A stretch of 64,000 nucleotides of DNA from NCBI GenBank assembly GCA_963829525.1, contig CAWHIJ010000003.1, positions 2,217,969 to 2,281,968 on the forward strand, written 5' to 3'. The translations under genes were made by a program, and so were the position numbers. The stretch is from an uncultured Actinomycetota bacterium (GTDB lineage Bacteria; Actinomycetota; Actinomycetes; JAHEKZ01). Positions 60,034 through 64,000 of this stretch are shown piece by piece. Numbering within the stretch: position 1 is the first letter of the stretch; each line of letters starts with the position of its first letter. The notes under the pieces are model-generated. The model was not told the origin of the DNA. It ran no database searches and saw nothing but the letters and a program-made list of their open reading frames with translations.

Positions 60034-61059
60034 TCAGCCTATGTCGGGCGCCACGGCGCGGTGCCACTCCGGCTTGGCAACCCGACTCATCAACGACACA
60101 ACCATGTCACGCGGCGACCAGCCCTGCTCGATCACTCCGGAGACGTGCTCGGTGATAGGCATGTCCACCTGGTGCTCCTGGGCCAGCTCCAGTACCGCTG
60201 CGCAAGACGTGACGCCCTCGGCTGTCTGGGCGGTGATCGCGGCAACCTCATCCATCGTCATCCCACGGCCGAGGTTCTCGCCGAACGTGCGGTTCCGTGA
60301 GAGCGGGGACGAGCAGGTCGCGATCAGGTCTCCCACTCCAGCCAGCCCCATGAAGGTCAGCGGGTCTGCCTCCATGGCAACCCCCAGTCGGGTCATCTCG
60401 GCCAGTCCCCGCGTCATGATCGCCGCTTTGCTGTTGTCGCCGAAGCCCATCCCTTCGGCCATGCCGGTGGCCAAAGCGATGACGTTCTTCACCACTCCGC
60501 CGAGCTCAACCCCGACGACATCGGCGTTGGTGTAAGGGCGAAAATAGGGGGTTCTGGTCCACTCCTGGACCTGGGTGGCGACGTCCCCATCGGCACACGC
60601 GATCACGCTGGCGGTCGGTTGACGCTGTACCACCTCGCGGGCGAGGTTCGGGCCGGAGAGCACCGCGATGCGTTCGGCCGGACAGTTCCCCTCCGACGCC
60701 ACCACCTCGCTCATCCGGGCGTGCGAGCCCTGCTCGAGGCCCTTCAGGAGGCTGAGCACGACGGCCTTGGGCGGGATCTGTTCCGCCCACATCGAGAGGT
60801 TGGCCCGCAGTGACTGAGCCGGGACAGCCAACACCACCAGATCGGCACTGGACAGTGCCTCGCGCGTGTCAGCGAAGGCTGTCACCCTCGCTGGCAGCTC
60901 GAGGTCTGGATGGAACTGGGCATTGCGGCGTGATGAGTTCACGGCGGCAACTGTTGTCGGGTTGCGCCCCCAAAGGCGTACCTCGTGGCCGGCGTCGGCA
61001 AGGACGAGACCGAAGGCGGTGCCCCACGAGCCGAGCCCCATGACGGCTGCCTGCATCAC
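60034..61059 (-). CDS. gpsA: NAD(P)H-dependent glycerol-3-phosphate dehydrogenase
   Basis: GLGSWGTAFG NAD motif. 341 aa. Confidence 0.93.
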   Translation of the reverse strand: MMQAAVMGLGSWGTAFGLVLADAGHEVRLWGRNPTTVAAVNSSRRNAQFHPDLELPARVTAFADTREALSSADLVVLAVPAQSLRANLSMWAEQIPPKAVVLSLLKGLEQGSHARMSEVVASEGNCPAERIAVLSGPNLAREVVQRQPTASVIACADGDVATQVQEWTRTPYFRPYTNADVVGVELGGVVKNVIALATGMAEGMGFGDNSKAAIMTRGLAEMTRLGVAMEADPLTFMGLAGVGDLIATCSSPLSRNRTFGENLGRGMTMDEVAAITAQTAEGVTSCAAVLELAQEHQVDMPITEHVSGVIEQGWSPRDMVVSLMSRVAKPEWHRAVAPDIG

Positions 61060-61114
61060 GGCCTCCTTCTAGTTCTGACGTCGCTCAGGTGATCACAGTC
61101 GCGCTCACGACGCG

Positions 61115-61867
61115 TCACACCGGGTCGCGACCGGCGCGGCTCTGATTCTTGCGTGGGTTACCGGTCCGTGGCAGGTCGGACGCGCGCGGGTCGAACAGTG
61201 AAGTTGGCGCGAGGTCGTGCCGGAGATCGGCGAGCAGTCCGCTCACCGACGTCATGATCGCGCCGGTGAGTGCGCGAAAGTCCGGAGGATCGGTCGTCGA
61301 GAGCTCAAGAGGGGGCCCGGCCAGCACCCGAATCAGCGGTCTGCGCCACACCCGGGGTACCCGACCGTACGGCGCAAGGAGTTCTTCTGGCCCCCACTGT
61401 GCGACCGGAATGACGGGGCACCTGGTCTGCCACCACACGCGGGCGGCCCCTGTCTTGCCCAGCATCGGCCAGAGGTCGGGATCCCGTGTCAGCGTTCCCT
61501 CGGGGTAGATCACGACGCACTCACCCCTTCGCACCGCGTCCACGGCAGCCGCCAGGGCCGAGCCCGCGTGCTCGCTCTCTCGCTGGACGGGGATCTGACC
61601 GGCCGCGTGGAGCAGGTCACCGAGGACCGGAACGTCGAAGAGTTCAGCCTTCCCCAAGAATCGCGGACGCCGGCCCGCGGCGTCGACGAAGTCAGCAATG
61701 GTCAGAGGGTCCGCGTGCGAGACGTGGTTGGACACGACAACACAGCCGCCTTCGGCCGGAAGGTGCTCCTGGCCGCTCCATTCCCGGCGACTGGCGATTC
61801 GCAGGGCGGGGCGGAGGATCGCGCGGGCCACCGAGTACGTGGCACCAGGGCCGCTGGCAGCGCCCAC
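61115..61867 (-). CDS. plsC: 1-acyl-sn-glycerol-3-phosphate acyltransferase
   Basis: NHVSHADP and IYPEGT motifs. Start trimmed to GTG 61867 (GAGAGG 5 nt upstream). The longer track ORF would overlap the divergent cofC. Confidence 0.82.
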   Translation of the reverse strand: MGAASGPGATYSVARAILRPALRIASRREWSGQEHLPAEGGCVVVSNHVSHADPLTIADFVDAAGRRPRFLGKAELFDVPVLGDLLHAAGQIPVQRESEHAGSALAAAVDAVRRGECVVIYPEGTLTRDPDLWPMLGKTGAARVWWQTRCPVIPVAQWGPEELLAPYGRVPRVWRRPLIRVLAGPPLELSTTDPPDFRALTGAIMTSVSGLLADLRHDLAPTSLFDPRASDLPRTGNPRKNQSRAGRDPV

Positions 61868-61990
61868 ATGCACCTCTCTCCACACCTCTCCCCGCCGGGC
61901 TGCCCTTGAGTCTCGTCCCAGCACCCCGCGGTGTCGAGGACCGCCACCTGCCAGCCGCCCGGCACGAACCATCCCCGTACGCTGCCCCAA

Positions 61991-62620
61991 ATGTGGCACG
62001 TGGTCGTTCCCCTCAAAGGCTGGGGCGCTGCCAAGTCGCGTCTTGCGCTGCCGAAGGCTGCCAGGCGCCAGATGGTGCAGGCGATGGCATCAGACACACT
62101 CGCGACACTCACGGCCTGCCCAGAGGTTCAGACCGTCTCGGTGCTCGTGCGCGATCGCGATCTCATCCGTTCGCCGGTGCTGCGGGATATCGCCACCGTT
62201 GTTGCCCAACCGGATGACGCCCCCTCGCTCAATGCGGCGCTCACTTGGTTCGCGACGACCGTCCTCACCGAGCCGGGGCCGCTCGCGGTCGTGGTTGCCG
62301 ATCTCCCCGCCCTGACGGTCACCTCGCTGTCAAAGGTTCTCCGTCAGGCGCAGCAACACTCCTCCGCCATGGTTGCCGACCGCTCAAACTCAGGGACGAC
62401 TGTCCTGACCGCACTCGTGGCCGCCCACGTGGACCCGCACTTTGGGCCGCGCTCTGCGGCAGCCCATCGAACGGCCGGCGCGACTTTGGTGACCAGTCCT
62501 GCCGACGTGGCCTGCGACGTCGACACGCTCGCTGATCTCGCCCATGCGCGACTGCTCGGGGTGGGTCCGCAAACCGCCACTTTGCTGACCGACTCGGCTA
62601 TCAGCACCTGGCTAGGCTGA
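61991..62620 (+). CDS. cofC: 2-phospho-L-lactate/phosphoenolpyruvate guanylyltransferase (F420 biosynthesis)
   Basis: MWHVVVPLKGWGAAKSRL ... VVADLPALT pattern. Confidence 0.8.
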   Translation: MWHVVVPLKGWGAAKSRLALPKAARRQMVQAMASDTLATLTACPEVQTVSVLVRDRDLIRSPVLRDIATVVAQPDDAPSLNAALTWFATTVLTEPGPLAVVVADLPALTVTSLSKVLRQAQQHSSAMVADRSNSGTTVLTALVAAHVDPHFGPRSAAAHRTAGATLVTSPADVACDVDTLADLAHARLLGVGPQTATLLTDSAISTWLG

Positions 62621-62625
62621 CCGTC

Positions 62626-62856
62626 ATGAGCGGCCACCCCATGCAGGCAACGGTGCATGAGTTCGACGCCAGGACCGGAGTCGGGTCGGTGATCACCGAC
62701 CAGGGTCTGGTGATTCCGTTCGGACCTGACTCGTGGGAGTCAGGTCCCCTGCTGACAATGCGTCAGGGCCAGCGAGTTCGCGTGGCGATCGCTGGAACAG
62801 GTGTCGACGCCGCGGTAACCGCGCTGACGCTGGTGACGTTCCCACCACTTTCGTAG
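62626..62856 (+). CDS. Hypothetical small protein
   Basis: 76-aa ORF with genome-typical codon usage. No family recognised. Confidence 0.5.
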   Translation: MSGHPMQATVHEFDARTGVGSVITDQGLVIPFGPDSWESGPLLTMRQGQRVRVAIAGTGVDAAVTALTLVTFPPLS

Positions 62857-62866
62857 AAGCATGCGA

Positions 62867-62898
62867 GAAGGCCCGGACCGCATGCGGTCCGGGCCTTC
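62867..62898. terminator. Bidirectional hairpin between convergent genes
   Basis: gaaggcccggaccgc pairs with gcggtccgggccttc (13-15-bp stem), between the stops at 62856 and 62913. Confidence 0.65.
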
Positions 62899-62912
62899 GT
62901 CGCCTGCCTGGT

Positions 62913-63365
62913 CTAGCGCTTACGCGCCGTCTTCTTGGCTGCTGTCTTGCGAGCCGGGGCCTTCTTGGCAGCGGTCTTGCGGACCGGGGCCTTCTTGGCA
63001 GCGGTCTTGCGAGCGGGCGCCTTCTTGGCGGTGGCCTTCTTTGTCGTCTTCTTGGCAGCGGCCTTCTTGGCCGGAGCGGCAAGCTTCTTCTCGCCGTTCA
63101 CGACAGCCTTGAACTCCGCACCCGCTGTGAACTTGGGAACGGACTTCTTCTTGGTCTTGACGGTAGCGCCGGTCTGCGGGTTACGGGCAGTGCCAGCGGG
63201 ACGGATGCGACGCTCGAACTTGCCGAAACCGGTGATCGCGACGGCCTCACCCTTGGCCACCTGGCGAGTGATCGTGCCGATCACCGCCTCGAGCGCGTTG
63301 TGGGCAGCGCGGCGGTTCCCGTCGAACTGGCCGGCGAGTTCATCAATCAACTGAGCCTTGTTCAC
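62913..63365 (-). CDS. hup: HU family nucleoid protein with a Lys/Ala-rich C-terminal tail (HupB/Hlp type)
   Basis: HU fold at the N-terminus (MNKAQLIDELAGQF ... RNPQTGATVK), followed by an AAKKAPARKT repeat tail. Confidence 0.92.
   Translation of the reverse strand: MNKAQLIDELAGQFDGNRRAAHNALEAVIGTITRQVAKGEAVAITGFGKFERRIRPAGTARNPQTGATVKTKKKSVPKFTAGAEFKAVVNGEKKLAAPAKKAAAKKTTKKATAKKAPARKTAAKKAPVRKTAAKKAPARKTAAKKTARKR
62931..63050. repeat. About 4 tandem 30-bp repeats encoding the AAKKAP(A/V)RKT decapeptide of the HU tail
   Basis: cttcttggc recurs at 62931, 62961, 62991 and 63021. Confidence 0.85.
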
Positions 63366-63532
63366 TACTTCCCCTTCGAAAGCCTGTGCGGTCGGGCGTT
63401 TTCCCGACCGATGGGAACGTTAGGCAATCTGGGGCCAGGACACAATGCATACACGCCGGAAAACGCCTTGTGTTGCAAGGAGATTCGTCACACCTGGACT
63501 CATCATGCTTGGCGATCGCTCTGGGCGAACCC

Positions 63533-64000
63533 TTACCCGGTAACGGTTGTGGGCATCCAGACTGGTCGAGCCGCCTCGAACTCGGTGATGAGATCGGTGT
63601 GGCGCAAGGTCAAACCCACGTCATCGAGACCCTCGAGCAGACGCCACTGCGCATAGTCATCGAGCTCGAACGGCACTGTTTCACCAGCAAATCGCACACC
63701 GCGAGCCTGCAGATCCACGCTGACCTCGATCGCGGGGTCGGCCTCGGCCGCTTCCCACAAGCGCTCAACGACATCTTCGGGGAGCTCAATGGTCAGCAGC
63801 CCTCCCTTGAGGCTGTTGCCTCTGAAGATGTCAGCAAAGCGTGGCGAGATGACGACGCGGAACCCGTAGTTCTGCAGTGCCCACACAGCGTGTTCGCGAG
63901 AGGATCCGGTGCCGAACTCAGGTCCGGCGACGAGGACGGTGGCTCCCGCGTACTGCGGCTGGTTGAGGACGAAGTCGGGGTCCTTGCGCCATGCCGCGAA
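63533..64000 (-). CDS. leuD: 3-isopropylmalate dehydratase small subunit (5' end beyond the window)
   Basis: [28 protein letters not shown] motif. The frame stays open to the window edge. Confidence 0.9.
   Translation of the reverse strand, partial: FAAWRKDPDFVLNQPQYAGATVLVAGPEFGTGSSREHAVWALQNYGFRVVISPRFADIFRGNSLKGGLLTIELPEDVVERLWEAAEADPAIEVSVDLQARGVRFAGETVPFELDDYAQWRLLEGLDDVGLTLRHTDLITEFEAARPVWMPTTVTG

Overview
High-GC (about 70%) actinobacterial chromosome segment. It is almost entirely coding and mostly on the minus strand. No rRNA, tRNA, CRISPR array, transposase or prophage gene was recognised.

Left third (1-20 kb), accessory metabolism:
- A polyamine-type ABC importer with an FAD oxidoreductase, three aldehyde dehydrogenases, an Lrp/AsnC regulator and a class-III aminotransferase.
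- An orphan cluster of SIS isomerase, maltokinase-like (glucosamine-kinase-type) kinase, GT1 glycosyltransferase and cupin.
- A module of glutaryl-CoA dehydrogenase, GntR regulator and CaiB-type CoA-transferase.

Remainder (20-64 kb), conserved housekeeping block. As far as I recall it is collinear with M. tuberculosis Rv2880c-Rv2987c and the S. coelicolor SCO557x-563x region. Gene order in the window is rlmN, cdsA, frr, pyrH, tsf, rpsB, M23 peptidase, WhiG/FliA-type sigma, xerC, dprA, comM, yraN, DUF2469, rnhB, two lepB, rplS, trmD, rimM, KH protein, rpsP, ffh, ftsY, smc, mutM, rnc, rpmF, DUF177, SepIVA-like, coaD, rsmD, recG, DAK2, rpmB, thiL, ddl, gpsA, plsC, cofC, hup, leuD.

Most interesting observations:
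1. A 20-bp tandem repeat (3.5 copies) fills the recG-rsmD junction. It creates a relay of three 7-codon mini-ORFs joined by overlapping ATGA/ATGA/ATGA/GTGA stop-start signals, a miniature MIRU-like arrangement.
2. The amtB-glnK-glnD nitrogen locus normally found between ftsY and ffh in actinobacteria is absent. Three small membrane-protein genes with atypical codon usage sit there instead.
3. At least about 16 reading-frame disruptions hit conserved genes: pyrH, tsf, rpsB, xerC, trmD, ffh, ftsY, smc and the glucosamine-kinase-like gene. They are strongly clustered at 24.6-26.4 kb. Assembly indels are the most likely cause, and read-level data are needed to confirm.
4. The WhiG-type sigma factor has a Lys/Ala/Pro-rich N-terminal extension.
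5. There is a perfect 20-bp palindrome upstream of a small conserved coiled-coil gene, and a 19-20-bp intercistronic hairpin in the transporter operon.

The ORF track uses ATG, GTG and TTG as starts and reports the longest ORF, so many starts were trimmed here using SD-like motifs and family-typical N-termini.
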